In this document: positions 51,084 to 61,740 of the stretch, in pieces
How the letters are laid out: every line of letters starts with the position of its first letter
Position numbering within the stretch: the first letter of the stretch is position 1
Source of the DNA: Actinomycetota bacterium
GTDB taxonomy: Bacteria > Actinomycetota > Thermoleophilia > Solirubrobacterales > Thermoleophilaceae
NCBI GenBank assembly: GCA_046731915.1
Contig: JBKPME010000070.1
Span: 13,560 to 77,559 of the forward strand
Direction: 5' to 3'
Length of the DNA stretch: 64,000 bases
Notes under the pieces: model-generated
What the model was told of the DNA's origin: nothing
The model's input: only the letters and a program-made list of their open reading frames with translations
The model's database searches: none
Position numbers and translations under genes: made by a program

Positions 51084-51211
51084 CGGTGCACGGGCCCCGG
51101 ATGCAGGGGTGGCAGAGATCCGTAGCGCAATGCGCGACCCTTTTCTGCCACCTCGGCGCGCGGGCCTCCCTCAATGCCCGTCGTTCGCCCGCGTCGTCGG
51201 GCGGGTGAGGG

Positions 51212-52330
51212 CTAGCGCACCTGGAAGCCTTCGCCGCTCAGCCTGCCGATGTCGTTTGACAGGCCGATCAGGAAGATCAGGATCACCAGCATGAAGCCCA
51301 CCACGCCGGCTCGCTCCATCACGGCGAGCGACACGGGCTTCCCGCGCACCTTCTCCACGATCGCCCAGAAGATGTGGCCGCCGTCCAGCGGGAGGAACGG
51401 GAACAGGTTCACGATCGCCAGCGACAGCGAGATGACCGCCAGGATCCAGACCACCTGCTCGATGTCGACGAGGATGATCTGGCGGGTCGTCTCGTAGGAG
51501 CCGACTACGCCGGAGATCTCCTTGCGCTGCTCCGGATTTATCAACCGGGCGGGCAGCTCGACCGTCATCTTCGTGAACTCCCAGAAGTTCACGCCGGTCC
51601 AGTGGAATGCGTCGTCGAGCGGATACGGGTCGCGCGGACCGGGCGCGTAGGCGAACCCCACCCGCATGCGGCCTTTTTCGCCTGTCTCCGGGTCGGTGGC
51701 CGTCGGGTCGTACTTCGGCGTGAGCGTGAACGTGCGCGTCTTGCCGTCCCGGACGACGGTCAGCTTCACCGGCTCGGCTGCCTGGCAGCCTGCGGTCCAG
51801 GCCCGCTTCGGCCCGGGGCAGCCGTTGGAGTTGATCAGCTTCGAGAGCCGTGCGGGCGTACCCCGCTCACCGTTTACCGCGGCCAGCCGGTCGCCCGGAT
51901 GCAGAACGCCGGCCGCCGGATAGCCCTTCTCGATCGTGTCCACCGTGCGGGTGCCGGTTTCCGGCCCGATCGCCGCGAAGAACACGAACAGCAGCACGAA
52001 AGCCAGCACGAGGTTCACCGCCGGCCCCGCCGCGATCACGACGATCCGCTTCCAGACGGGCTGCGCGTGGTAGGCGCGGTCGCGGACCTCGGCGGGGAGG
52101 TCCTCGTCCGGGTTCATCCCGCTGATCTTCACGTAGCCACCCGCGGGGATCACGCCGATCGCGTACTCAGTCTCCCCCACCTTGCGGCTGAACAGCGTCG
52201 GCGGGAAGAAGAGCGAGAACTTCTCAACCCGCATCCCGACTGCCTTGGCGGCCGTGAAGTGGCCCAGCTCGTGGAGGATGACGAGCATCGCGAAGCCGAT
52301 GAATGCGAGCACGAAGCTGAGGAAGGTCAC
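51212..52330 (-). CDS. rseP: RIP site-2 metalloprotease
   Basis: HELGHFTAAK (HExxH), an internal PDZ-like segment, and NLFPFLPLDGG (LDG motif). Confidence 0.85.
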   Translation of the reverse strand: MTFLSFVLAFIGFAMLVILHELGHFTAAKAVGMRVEKFSLFFPPTLFSRKVGETEYAIGVIPAGGYVKISGMNPDEDLPAEVRDRAYHAQPVWKRIVVIAAGPAVNLVLAFVLLFVFFAAIGPETGTRTVDTIEKGYPAAGVLHPGDRLAAVNGERGTPARLSKLINSNGCPGPKRAWTAGCQAAEPVKLTVVRDGKTRTFTLTPKYDPTATDPETGEKGRMRVGFAYAPGPRDPYPLDDAFHWTGVNFWEFTKMTVELPARLINPEQRKEISGVVGSYETTRQIILVDIEQVVWILAVISLSLAIVNLFPFLPLDGGHIFWAIVEKVRGKPVSLAVMERAGVVGFMLVILIFLIGLSNDIGRLSGEGFQVR

Positions 52331-53484
52331 GCGGCCACCCCCCGCGCCACGTCGCGCGCGTGAGTGTCGGCCGCGTACAGGTCGGAGAAGTGCCGGACTG
52401 GCTGGGCGGTCAGCTCCGACAGTGTCGAGTCGATCACGCGCGGGATCCCTGTAAAGGAGAGATCGCCCGCGAGGAAGGCGTGCACGGCCACCTCGTTCGC
52501 CGCGTTCAGCACGCAGGGCGCGGTGCCGCCCGCCTCGGCGGCCTCGCGCGCCAGCCGAAGGCAGGGGAATGAGTCGAGGTCGGGCGCCTCGAATGTGAGC
52601 GCGCCCAGCTCGACGAGGTCGAGTGCCGGGACCGGCACGTCCAAGCGCTCGGGCTGGTTGAGCGCGTACGAGATCGGCACGCGCATGTCCGGATAGCCGA
52701 GGTGGGCAAGCGAGGCGCCGTCGTTCAGGTGCACCATGGCGTGGATGATCGACTGCGGGTGCACCACCACGTCGATGCGCTCGTAGGGCACACCGAAGAG
52801 GTGATGCGCCTCGATCAGCTCGAGGCCCTTGTTCATCAGCGTGGCCGAGTCGATGGTGATCTTCCCGCCCATGTCCCAGGTGGGATGCGCGAGCGCCTCC
52901 TCGCGCGTCACCGAGTCGAGGTCCGTGCGGCCCCGGAAGGGCCCGCCGCTCGCCGTGAGCACAAGCCGGTCAACCGTTCCGGGCCGCTCGCCCTCGATCA
53001 GCTGGAAGAGCGCCGAATGCTCGGAGTCCACCGGCAAGAGCTGCGCGCCGGTGGCCTCGGCGAGCGCCGTCACCAGCTCCCCGCCCACCACCAGGCTCTC
53101 CTTGTTCGCCAGCGCGAGGTCGATGCCCTCTCCGAGCGCGGCCACCGTGGGGCCGAGGCCGGCCGATCCCACGAGCGCGTTCAGCACCAGGTCGCAGTCC
53201 GTGTCGGTGATCAGCTCGACGAGCCCCTCCGGCCCCGCCAGCACCTCCAGGTCCGCCGCTTGCTCCGACGCTCGCGCGGCCGCATCGGGGTCCGCGAGCG
53301 CCACCCGCCGCACGTCATGCGCCGTCGCCTGCTCGAGGAGCAGCTCCCAGCGCGAGGCGGCCGCCAGGCCCACCACCTCGAGCTCAGAATTGCGCCCCAC
53401 GACGTCAAGGGCCTGCGTCCCGATCGACCCGGTCGACCCGACTATGAGAATCCGGCGCACCCGGGTGAGTCTAGGGAGGCGCAC
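52327..53484 (-). CDS. dxr: 1-deoxy-D-xylulose-5-phosphate reductoisomerase
   Basis: ILIVGSTGSIGTQALDV, LANKESLV and PVDSEHSA. A GTG at 53460 is an alternative start. Confidence 0.9.
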   Translation of the reverse strand: MRLPRLTRVRRILIVGSTGSIGTQALDVVGRNSELEVVGLAAASRWELLLEQATAHDVRRVALADPDAAARASEQAADLEVLAGPEGLVELITDTDCDLVLNALVGSAGLGPTVAALGEGIDLALANKESLVVGGELVTALAEATGAQLLPVDSEHSALFQLIEGERPGTVDRLVLTASGGPFRGRTDLDSVTREEALAHPTWDMGGKITIDSATLMNKGLELIEAHHLFGVPYERIDVVVHPQSIIHAMVHLNDGASLAHLGYPDMRVPISYALNQPERLDVPVPALDLVELGALTFEAPDLDSFPCLRLAREAAEAGGTAPCVLNAANEVAVHAFLAGDLSFTGIPRVIDSTLSELTAQPVRHFSDLYAADTHARDVARGVAA

Positions 53485-54312
53485 TTAGGCGTAGCCGAGC
53501 CCGACGGCGGCGAAATAGGCCACCGGGATCGTGAACAGGACGGCGTCCAGCCGGTCCAGCACACCCCCGTGGGCGCCGAACAGCCTGCCCGTGTCCTTCA
53601 CCTCGAGGTCGCGCTTGATCATCGACTCGAATAGGTCGCCCACCGGCGCAGCGAGCGCGACGACGGCGCCCATCAGCAGCGCGTCCGGGCCCGTGAGCCA
53701 GTCCTGGTAGAGCCCGGCCGCCCAGAACGCGAGCGTGCCACCCAGCACTCCCGCGATGAGTCCCTCGAGCGTCTTGTTCGGCGAGATCAGCGGCGCGAGC
53801 GGCGTGCGTCCGTACCAGCGGCCGCCGAAGTAGGCGCAGCTGTCGCCGACGAAGGTCGCCACGAGCACGTCGATAACGAGCCCGTCGCCGTGGAGCGGCG
53901 GGTTCTCGCGCAGCCAGACGGCATACACCATCGGCAGCCCGATCCAGATCACGCCCAGGTAGACCACGGCGATCGCCCACGACACGTGCTCGCGCCGTGG
54001 GCGCAGGGTCGCCAGGAAGAACGTCACGGGAAACGAGGCCGCCAGCACCATGATCACGTGGCGGGGCTCGCCATACAACGCCGCGGCGAGCATTGCCGCG
54101 AGCGTCAGGAAGCCTGCCAGCGCCGGTGGCCGCACACGGCCCATCAGCGTGTACAGCTCCCCCAGTGCGACCACCCCGAGGGCGAAGATCCCGACCCCGA
54201 ACACCAGCCCGCCCCGGTTCACGATGAAGAGCGCGAAGACGATCGCCGGGATGGCGACCAACACGCGCGGCGCGAGGTCGGACCGCGCGCGCCGCTCCCC
54301 GCGCGCCGCCAC
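53485..54312 (-). CDS. cdsA: phosphatidate cytidylyltransferase
   Basis: 8 TM segments and the C-terminal signature SMIKRDLEVKDTGRLFGAHGGVLDRLD. Confidence 0.85.
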   Translation of the reverse strand: MAARGERRARSDLAPRVLVAIPAIVFALFIVNRGGLVFGVGIFALGVVALGELYTLMGRVRPPALAGFLTLAAMLAAALYGEPRHVIMVLAASFPVTFFLATLRPRREHVSWAIAVVYLGVIWIGLPMVYAVWLRENPPLHGDGLVIDVLVATFVGDSCAYFGGRWYGRTPLAPLISPNKTLEGLIAGVLGGTLAFWAAGLYQDWLTGPDALLMGAVVALAAPVGDLFESMIKRDLEVKDTGRLFGAHGGVLDRLDAVLFTIPVAYFAAVGLGYA

Positions 54313-54314
54313 CG

Positions 54315-54992
54315 CTAGCGGCCCCCGAAGCGGCGCCGGCGGGCCGCGTACTCGTCGAGCGACGCCTCGAACGCGGCGCGCGAGAAGTCAGGCCAGAGCT
54401 CGTCGCGGAAGATGAACTCGGCGTAGGCGAGCTGCCACAGCAGGTAGTTCGAGATGCGAAGTTCACCGCTCGTGCGGATCAAGAGGTCGGGGTCGTGCAT
54501 GTCGGGTGCGTAGAGGTGGCGCCGGAACTCCTCCTCGGTCTCACCTGTGAAGCTTCGCGCTGCATCGACGATTTCCGCCCTCCCGCCGTAGTTGAACGCG
54601 ACGAACAGGGTGATGCGCTCGTTGCCGGCCGTGAGCTCCTCGGCCCAGTCCATGCGCCCTGTCAGCTCCGTGTCGAGGCCCTCGCGGCGCCCGACGAAGC
54701 GCATCCGCACCCCCTCGTCGTGGAGCTCGGGCGTCTCGCGGTCGATGCGCGCCGCGAACATCTTCATCAGGCCGTCCACCTCGGCCCTCGGGCGCCCCCA
54801 GTTCTCGGTGGAGAACGAGTAAACCGTCAGCTCGCGGACCCCGAGCTCGACGGCGTCGCGGAGCCGCGCCTTGACGGTGTCCGCCCCGGCCTCGTGCCCC
54901 TGAAGCACCGGGAGCCCGCGCTTCTGCGCCCAGCGCCCATTCCCGTCGGTGATGATGGCGACGTAGCGCGCCCGCGCCGCGGCGTCGCTCAC
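54315..54992 (-). CDS. uppS: isoprenyl transferase (undecaprenyl-diphosphate synthase type)
   Basis: VAIITDGNGRWA, FSTENW and RTSGELRISNYLLWQLAYAE. Confidence 0.9.
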   Translation of the reverse strand: MSDAAARARYVAIITDGNGRWAQKRGLPVLQGHEAGADTVKARLRDAVELGVRELTVYSFSTENWGRPRAEVDGLMKMFAARIDRETPELHDEGVRMRFVGRREGLDTELTGRMDWAEELTAGNERITLFVAFNYGGRAEIVDAARSFTGETEEEFRRHLYAPDMHDPDLLIRTSGELRISNYLLWQLAYAEFIFRDELWPDFSRAAFEASLDEYAARRRRFGGR

Positions 54993-55558
54993 ACTTCGAG
55001 GATCTCTTGTTCCTTGCCCGCGAGGGCGGAGTCGATCTCGCCCACGTGCGAGTCGGTCAGCTTCTGCAGCTCGGACTCGGCGCGGTGCTCCTGGTCCGAG
55101 CCCACCTCGCCCTCGCTCTTCAGCTCGCGCAGCTCATGCATCACGTCGCGGCGCACGTTGCGCACCGAAACGCGGCCCTGCTCGGCGATGCCGTGGACGA
55201 TCTTCACGAGCTCCTTGCGGCGCTCCTCGGTCAGCTCGGGGATCGACAGCCTGATCACCTGGCCGTCGTTCGACGGGGTGAGCCCCACGTCCGACTCCAG
55301 GATCGACTTCTCGATCGACTTGATCGAGTTCTTGTCGTAGGGCGTGATCGTGAGCAGGCGCGCCTCGGTGGCGGAGATCTGGGCCAGCTGCCTCAGCGGC
55401 GTCGTGGCGCCGTAGTAGTCGACCTCGATGCGGTCGAGCAGGTGCGGGGATGCGCGCCCCGTTCGCACCGTGGCGAACTCGTTCTTCGTGGCGTCGACGG
55501 ATTTCTGCATGCGGCTCTTGGCCTCATCGAGGAAGTCCTTCAGGACGTCGTCGCTCAT
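54989..55558 (-). CDS. frr: ribosome recycling factor
   Basis: Internal ATG gives [21 protein letters not shown].... RTGRASPHLLD and PELTEERRKELVK are present. Confidence 0.9.
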   Translation of the reverse strand: MSDDVLKDFLDEAKSRMQKSVDATKNEFATVRTGRASPHLLDRIEVDYYGATTPLRQLAQISATEARLLTITPYDKNSIKSIEKSILESDVGLTPSNDGQVIRLSIPELTEERRKELVKIVHGIAEQGRVSVRNVRRDVMHELRELKSEGEVGSDQEHRAESELQKLTDSHVGEIDSALAGKEQEILEV

Positions 55559-56277
55559 CAGCTCCTCACCACTGTGCCCACGCGCTCGCCGGACACTATC
55601 CGAGAGATATTGCGCTCGTCGTCCATGTTGAAGACGTGGATCGGCAGGCCGTTGTCCATGCACAGCGCCAGGGCGGTTGCGTCCATCACCGCCAGCCGCT
55701 GCTCGATCGCCTGCTGGTGGGTGAGCTCCTCGATGAAGCGCGCGTCCGGCTGCTCGCGAGGATCGGCGGTGTAGACGCCCTCCACGTTGTTCTTGGCCAT
55801 CAGGATCGCCTCGGCGTGGATCTCCAGCGCGCGCAGGGCCGCGGCGGTGTCCGTGGTGAAGAACGGGTTCCCCGTTCCTGCCGCGAAGATCACGATCCTG
55901 CCCCGCTCCAGGTGGCGCATCGCGCGGCGCCGGATGTAGGGCTCAGCCACCTCGGAGATCGTGATGGCGGACTGCACCCGCGTCACCGCGCCGATCTTCT
56001 CGAGCGCGTCCTGCAGCGCGAGCGCGTTGAGGACGGTAGCCAGCATCCCCATGTAGTCGCCCGTCGCGCGGTCCATGCCGGCAGCCGCGCCCTTGAGCCC
56101 ACGGTAGATGTTCCCGCCGCCGACCACGATTGCGATCTCAACGCCCCGGTCGGCCACGGCCTTCACCTGGTTCGCGATGTCGGCGATCCGCTCTGGGTCC
56201 GCTCCGTAGGGGAGGTCACCCATGAGCGCCTCCCCCGAGAGCTTAAGCAGGACGCGCCGAAAGGCCGGTTCGGTCAC
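55558..56277 (-). CDS. pyrH: UMP kinase
   Basis: GTG start. [20 protein letters not shown] and [13 protein letters not shown]. Confidence 0.9.
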   Translation of the reverse strand: MTEPAFRRVLLKLSGEALMGDLPYGADPERIADIANQVKAVADRGVEIAIVVGGGNIYRGLKGAAAGMDRATGDYMGMLATVLNALALQDALEKIGAVTRVQSAITISEVAEPYIRRRAMRHLERGRIVIFAAGTGNPFFTTDTAAALRALEIHAEAILMAKNNVEGVYTADPREQPDARFIEELTHQQAIEQRLAVMDATALALCMDNGLPIHVFNMDDERNISRIVSGERVGTVVRS

Positions 56278-56885
56278 TCCTCCCCGACCTGGAAGCGGGC
56301 GAACCTGCGGATGACGATGTTCTCGCCGGTGTTGGCGGCCAGCTGCGTGCGAAGCTCGCCGATCGTCTTGCTCTCGTGCTTGTCCTCGTTCACGTGCTTC
56401 TGGTCGAGCAGCACGATCTCCTCGAGCCACTTGTTCAAGCGTCCCTCGACGATCTTCTCCTGGACGTTCTCCGGCTTGCCCTCGGCGGCGGCCTGCTCGC
56501 GGAGCACGCGCAGCTCGGCCTCGCGGGCCGCCTCGTCCACGTCCTCCTTCGACACGTAGCGCGGGTTCGAGGCGGCCACGTGCACGGCGACCTCGCGGGC
56601 GAATGCCTGGAACTCGTCCGTGCGCGCCACGAAGTCGGTCTCGCAGTCGACCTCCACCAGCGCACCGATCTTTCCCCCGGCGTGGATGTAGCTTGCGATG
56701 GCGCCCTCGGTGGCCACGCGCTCGCCGCGCTTGGCGGCCGAGGACTGGCCCTTCACGCGCAGGATCTCGATCGCCTTGTCGACGTCGCCGCCCGACTCCT
56801 GGAGGGCCGCCTTGGCGTCCATGATCCCGGCGCCGGTGCGCTCGCGCAGGCTTTTCACGTCTTGGGCGGAGATGGTGATGCTCAT
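56274..56885 (-). CDS. tsf: translation elongation factor Ts
   Basis: [31 protein letters not shown] is the UBA-like N-terminus; short actinobacterial form. Confidence 0.9.
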   Translation of the reverse strand: MSITISAQDVKSLRERTGAGIMDAKAALQESGGDVDKAIEILRVKGQSSAAKRGERVATEGAIASYIHAGGKIGALVEVDCETDFVARTDEFQAFAREVAVHVAASNPRYVSKEDVDEAAREAELRVLREQAAAEGKPENVQEKIVEGRLNKWLEEIVLLDQKHVNEDKHESKTIGELRTQLAANTGENIVIRRFARFQVGEE

Positions 56886-57820
56886 CAGGACTCCTCGTCA
56901 GGGTCGAACGTACGGCGCTCGCGCGGGGCGCCCGCGCCGGCGGCCGCCTCCGGGCGCGTGCCGCTCGGGGTTGCCGGCTCGTCTGGGGAGAAGCCCGCCT
57001 CCTCCGCCTCGCGGCGGGCGCGCTCCTCGGCCTCGCGGCGCTGCTGCTCCTCGGCCTCGCGCAGCGCGCGCTCCTCGGCTTCGCGGCGCTCCTGCTCCTC
57101 GCGCTCGCGGCGGGCGGCCTCCTCCTGAGCGCGGAAGCGCTGGGCGTTGTCACGCGCCACGTCGGCGATGCCGTCGATGATGACCTTGCAGGAGCGGATC
57201 GCGTCGTCGTTGCCCGGGATCACGTAGTCGATCGGATCCGGATCGCAGTTCGTGTCGACGAGGCCGATGATCGGGATGCGCAGGCGGTTCGCCTCGCGCA
57301 CGCCGATCGCCTCGGTTTTGAGGTCGACGACGAAGACCGCGTCGGGCGGCCGCTGCATGTCGGCCACCCCGCCGAGGTTCGTCTCGAGCTTGTCGCGCTC
57401 CGACATGGCCGCGATCCGCTCGCGTACGGGCAGCAGCTCCATCGTGCCCGACTCGGTCCAGTCGCGCAGGTCGTGGAGACGCCGGATGCGCTTGGAGATG
57501 GTCTGGAAGTTCGTCAACAGCCCGCCCAGCCAGCGCTGGTCGATGTAGGGCATGCCGCAGCTGTCGGCGGCTTCCTTGATCGCGTCACGCGCCTGCTTCT
57601 TGGTGCCCACGAACAGGATCGTCCCGCCGCGACCCGTGAGGTCCGCGGCGAACTCCTGCGCGTCGTGCAGCAGGCGCTCGGTCTTCTGTAGGTCGATGAT
57701 GTGGATCCCGCCGCGCTCGCCGAATATGAAGCGGCGCATCTTGGGGTTCCAGCGGCGCGTCTGGTGGCCGAAGTGGACTCCGGCCTCCAGCAGCTCCCTG
57801 ATGCCAATCTCGGTGGCCAA
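56885..57820 (-). CDS. rpsB: 30S ribosomal protein S2 with a charged C-terminal repeat extension
   Basis: TTG start preceded by [26 protein letters not shown]. The tail is [44 protein letters not shown]. Confidence 0.9.
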   Translation of the reverse strand: MATEIGIRELLEAGVHFGHQTRRWNPKMRRFIFGERGGIHIIDLQKTERLLHDAQEFAADLTGRGGTILFVGTKKQARDAIKEAADSCGMPYIDQRWLGGLLTNFQTISKRIRRLHDLRDWTESGTMELLPVRERIAAMSERDKLETNLGGVADMQRPPDAVFVVDLKTEAIGVREANRLRIPIIGLVDTNCDPDPIDYVIPGNDDAIRSCKVIIDGIADVARDNAQRFRAQEEAARREREEQERREAEERALREAEEQQRREAEERARREAEEAGFSPDEPATPSGTRPEAAAGAGAPRERRTFDPDEES

Positions 57821-58049
57821 AGAGTTGCTCCCTTAGGTGGTATGGACGTCTGCCCGCTGGCCGGCTCGCGAACCCGAGATGCGTCTCGGGCAGGGCCACG
57901 GCCGCTGTGCTCCAGCGGGGTAGCTTTCTTTACGGGCGTCAAGGATAGCCATGGGCGGCCGCCGAGGGCGGGTTTGGGTTGCCGCGAGCGGGTATCGCGG
58001 CCGTGCCGAAGCAGCAGCTTGGCCCTCACGTCCCATCAAGGAGGAGCAG

Positions 58050-60732
58050 ATGCGAGCCCTTGCACGCGCCGCAGTCGCCATCGTGGCGCTGATCGCGGCC
58101 ATGCCTGCCACCGCAGCCGCCGCGACCTGCCCGGACGGCAGGGAAGGGGCCGGCTGGACCCTGTCCACCACCACCTTCGACAACCACTTCACGCGGCACG
58201 CGTACGTGGGCAACGGGTACCTCTCGCAACGGGTGCCGCCGGCCGGCACCGGCTACATGGCGACCGGCGAGACGACCGGCTGGCCGCTCTTCACGCCGCG
58301 CTACGACGGCGCCTTCGTCGGCGCCTCTACGGCCTCGACCCGTCGATCGTCGACGCAGACGGGCGGGCGCGCACCATCGATGCCGCCATCCCCACGTGGT
58401 CCACCCTGAACGTGACGGTCGGGTCGGAGACATATTCCGCCACGACGCCCGCCGGCCGCATCTCGAACTTCCGCCAAGAGCTGTTCTTGGGCTGCGGGCT
58501 ACTTCGCACCTCGCTCACCTGGACGACGGGCCAGGGGCGTGCGACCGACCTCGTTTACGAAGTGCTGGCGGACCGTGCCCAGCGGAACGTGGGCGCCGTC
58601 CGGCTCACGATGACGCCACGCTGGAACGGGCGGGCGAGCGTGACCGACATGATCGACGGCGCGGGCGCAAGGCGGCTCGTACCGACCGGCAGCGGGCCTG
58701 TCTCCGGCACATCCGACGCGGTCGCCGTGGGCTTCGCCACTCAGGTGATCGGGACACAGGGCACGATCGCATCGACGCTCGTCGAGCCCAGCGGAGCGAC
58801 CAATCTGAGTCGCTCGCTCAGCAAGCCCGCACAGAGCCTGAGCGCCACCGACGAGCTGAGCTTCAACGTCCGCAGCGGCGAGTCGTACGAGCTTGCGAAG
58901 TACGTCGGCGTCGACACGGCGCTCACGAAGGCTGACCATCGCACGTCGGCGATCGGAGCGTCGCAGGAGGCCGCGCGGGATGGCTGGTCCGCTCTGTACG
59001 CCGCGCACGTCAAGGCCTGGGGCAACCTGTGGCAGAGCGACATCGCCGTCGGCGGCCAGCCGGAGCTGCAGGACTGGATCCGCTCGAACCTCTACGCGTT
59101 GTGGTCGAGCATCCGGGCCGGGACGGATACGAGCATTGCGCCCGCAGGGCTCAGCAGCGACAACTACGCCGGGCTGATCTTCTGGGACGCCGAGACGTGG
59201 ATGTACCCCAGCCTCCTCCTGATGCACCCGGAGATCGCGGACTCGGTGATCGCGCTGCGCAGCAAGACGCTCGCCGAGGCGCGCCAGAACGCGACCGAGC
59301 TCGGCTACGCGGGCTCGCTCTTCCCCTGGAACGGGGCAGGCACGGGTGACCTCGCCACGGAGTGCCACACGTCAACCCGCCGCACTGCGAGACCCAGATC
59401 CGTCTCCAGGGCGACATCGCGCTGGCGGTCTGGCAGTACTACCTGGCGACCGGTGACACCGCTTGGCTCAAGTCGCACTGGCCGATCCTGCAAGGCGTGG
59501 CGGAGTTCTGGGCCAGCCGGGCTACCGACAACCACGACGGAACATGGTCGATCAATTACGTTGCGGGGCCGGACGAGTACTCGAACGGCGTGAACGACGG
59601 CGTGTTCACGAACGGAGGCGCGTCGCTGGCCCTCCGCAACGCCACGGAGGCGGCCGGCGTCCTCGGCGAACCCGCCCCCGACCAGTGGCTCACGATCGCC
59701 GAGAATCTGCGCATGCCGTTCGACGAGGCGAAGCAGATCTTCTCTCAGTACGACGGCTACGACGGCAGACAGCAGATCAAGCAGGCCGACACCGTGCTGC
59801 TCATCTATCCGCTGGAGTGGCCGATGTCGAACCAGGTCGCCGCCAACACGCTCGACTATTACGCCGAGCGAAGCGACCCCGACGGGCCGGCGATGACCGA
59901 CGCAATGCACGCGGTCGACTCGGCGCTGATCGGCGAGCCGGGCTGCGCGACGAACACGTACCTGAACCGCTCGATCAAGCCCTTCGTACGCGACCCGTAC
60001 GCCCAGTACGTGGAGGCGCGCGGCGACAAGGCGGGGGCGCATGACCCGCTCTCCGGCTCACCCGCGCTCAACTTCACGACCGGCTCGGGCGGTTTCGCGC
60101 AGGTCTTCCTGTACGGCCTGAGCGGCTTCCGCTGGCGTGCGGACCACGTGCAGCTCGACCCGATGCTGCCGCCGCAGCTGTCTGGCGGCGTCACGCTGAG
60201 AGGGCTTCAGTGGCGCGGGCGGACCTTCGACGTCCGGATCGGCGCGAAGACCACCACGGTGACGCTGCGCTCGGGGGCGGCCATGTCGGTCCGCGCCCGC
60301 GGCGTCGACTACTCGGTCGGCAGTGGCGGCTCGCTCAGCCTCCCGACCCGGAGGCCCGATCTCGCGCCGACAGACAACCTCGCGCGCTGCCGCGCGGCCA
60401 CCGCCACGTCCGAGGACCCCGGGATGTACGCCGAGGCCGCGGTCGATGGGAGCGAGGCAACGGTCTGGGCGCCCGAAGAGGGCGCGACGGGGAGTGCGAC
60501 GGTCGACCTCGGCCGCCGTATGAAGGTGGGGGCGATCACGGTCCACTGGACCGACAAGCTGCCGGCGTCGTCGAGCGTCGAGACCTCGGTTGACGGGAGC
60601 AGCTGGACGCCGGTATCCGCGGATGCCTCGGGCACCCTGACGAAGGCGACGAACGCTCGCTATGTGCGCGTGACCGTCACCCGGGCGGGCGCGGACGTGA
60701 ACGGCGTGCGCGAGCTCGTCGTGACCGGGTAG
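58050..60732 (+). pseudogene. secreted glycoside hydrolase family 65 (acid-trehalase/kojibiose-phosphorylase-like) with C-terminal F5/8 type C domain; two frameshifts (near 58322 and 59365)
   Basis: ATG at 58050 follows AAGGAGGA, with a signal peptide MRALARAAVAIVALIAAMPATAAA. The reading frame changes twice: ...TPRYDGAFV / LYGLDPSIV..., and ...GTGDLATEC / HVNPPHCETQIRLQGDIALA.... The catalytic-domain pattern FWDAETWMYP is present. The C-terminus is discoidin-like (AVDGSEATVW...VDLG...YVRVTV). Confidence 0.6.
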
Positions 60733-60770
60733 GCGGCCCTCCGCCGGCCGAAACCAGTCCAAGAACGAGA

Positions 60771-60794
60771 CGAGGCGATCCGGAGATCGCCTCG
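60771..60794. terminator. hairpin between the convergent GH65 and rluD genes
   Basis: CGAGGCGATC-CGGA-GATCGCCTCG is a perfect 10-bp stem with no clear U-tract on either strand. Confidence 0.35.
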
Positions 60795-60804
60795 CTCGTA
60801 TGTC

Positions 60805-61740
60805 TCAGCCCCCGTCTGGCCCTCCGGAGACTGGCTCCCGTCGAGCGGTGTCAAGTGCATGACTGAGCTCAACGGGTGGTTTGGACTCGCATCGCACCCA
60901 TTCCCTGGTGAACGGATGCCTAAACATCAACGATGCAGCATGAAGAAATTGTCTGCTCAGGCCGACTCTCCTGCCGCTCGAAATACCTCCATACTGCGGG
61001 TCGCCCACGACCGGGTGGCCTATCGCGGCCAGGTGGGCCCGGATCTGATGCGTACGGCCGGTCTCGAGCCGCACGCGGAGCAGCGCGGAGCGCGGCAGGC
61101 GCTCCACGACCTCGAAGTGGGTCACCGCCTCCCGGGCGCGATCGGTGCGAGTCGACATGACGGTCCGGTTGCCGCGGTCGCGGCCGATCGGGGCGTCGAT
61201 CGTGCCGCTCTCAGCGTCGGGATGGCCCTCCACGAGCGCCGTGTACTCGCGGGTGATCTCGCGGGCCTTCATCATTGCCTGGAGGGCGTCGCGGGCCTCG
61301 TCCGAGCGCGCCACGATCAACAGCCCGGAGGTGTCCTTGTCGAGCCGGTGCACGATCCGCGCGCCCGCGGGCAGCACCTCCGCGAGCGTCAGCCCGTGAT
61401 GGCCGGGCGCGGGATGCGTGACGACGCCCGCCGGCTTGTCGACGACGAGCAGGTGTTCGTCCTCGTGAACGACCCCGAAGCTCACGCTGTCGGCATCCTG
61501 GCGGGGTTCCGCCTGACCCCGGGCTTGGACGACCACCCTCGCTCCCTCATCGATGCGGTGGTTCTTCGAGCGCGCCTCCCCGTCAACCGTCACCTCGCCC
61601 CGCTCGATCAGCCGCTGGGCGGCCGCGCGCGACGATGCCGCGCCGCTGGCGGCGAGGAACGCGTCGAGCCGAAGCCCGGCGTCGTCGGGCCCTGCGGTCA
61701 GGTCGTGCGCGGCCGTCTGGGCCCCCTCTCCGCCACCCAC
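60805..61740 (-). CDS. rluD: RluA-family 23S rRNA pseudouridine synthase (RluD-like) with S4 domain
   Basis: GLRLDAFLA...SRAAAQRLIERGEVTVDG (S4) and HRLDKDTSGLLIVA (catalytic Asp). The start is ambiguous: GTG at 61740 overlaps lspA by 43 nt, while a CTG at 61701 would give a CTGA-type junction. Confidence 0.8.
   Translation of the reverse strand: MGGGEGAQTAAHDLTAGPDDAGLRLDAFLAASGAASSRAAAQRLIERGEVTVDGEARSKNHRIDEGARVVVQARGQAEPRQDADSVSFGVVHEDEHLLVVDKPAGVVTHPAPGHHGLTLAEVLPAGARIVHRLDKDTSGLLIVARSDEARDALQAMMKAREITREYTALVEGHPDAESGTIDAPIGRDRGNRTVMSTRTDRAREAVTHFEVVERLPRSALLRVRLETGRTHQIRAHLAAIGHPVVGDPQYGGISSGRRVGLSRQFLHAASLMFRHPFTREWVRCESKPPVELSHALDTARREPVSGGPDGG

Noticed and set aside
57821-58049. rpsB leader structure (nested stems CTGCCCG...CGGGCAG around CCCGAGA-TGCG-TCTCGGG at about 57855-57895) as an S2 autoregulatory element, and a T-box or other riboswitch upstream of proS (45406-45494).
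   Set aside because: The stems are real. However, the characterised S2-binding leader is a gammaproteobacterial pseudoknot that I cannot match here. No T-box specifier or antiterminator features are visible upstream of proS.
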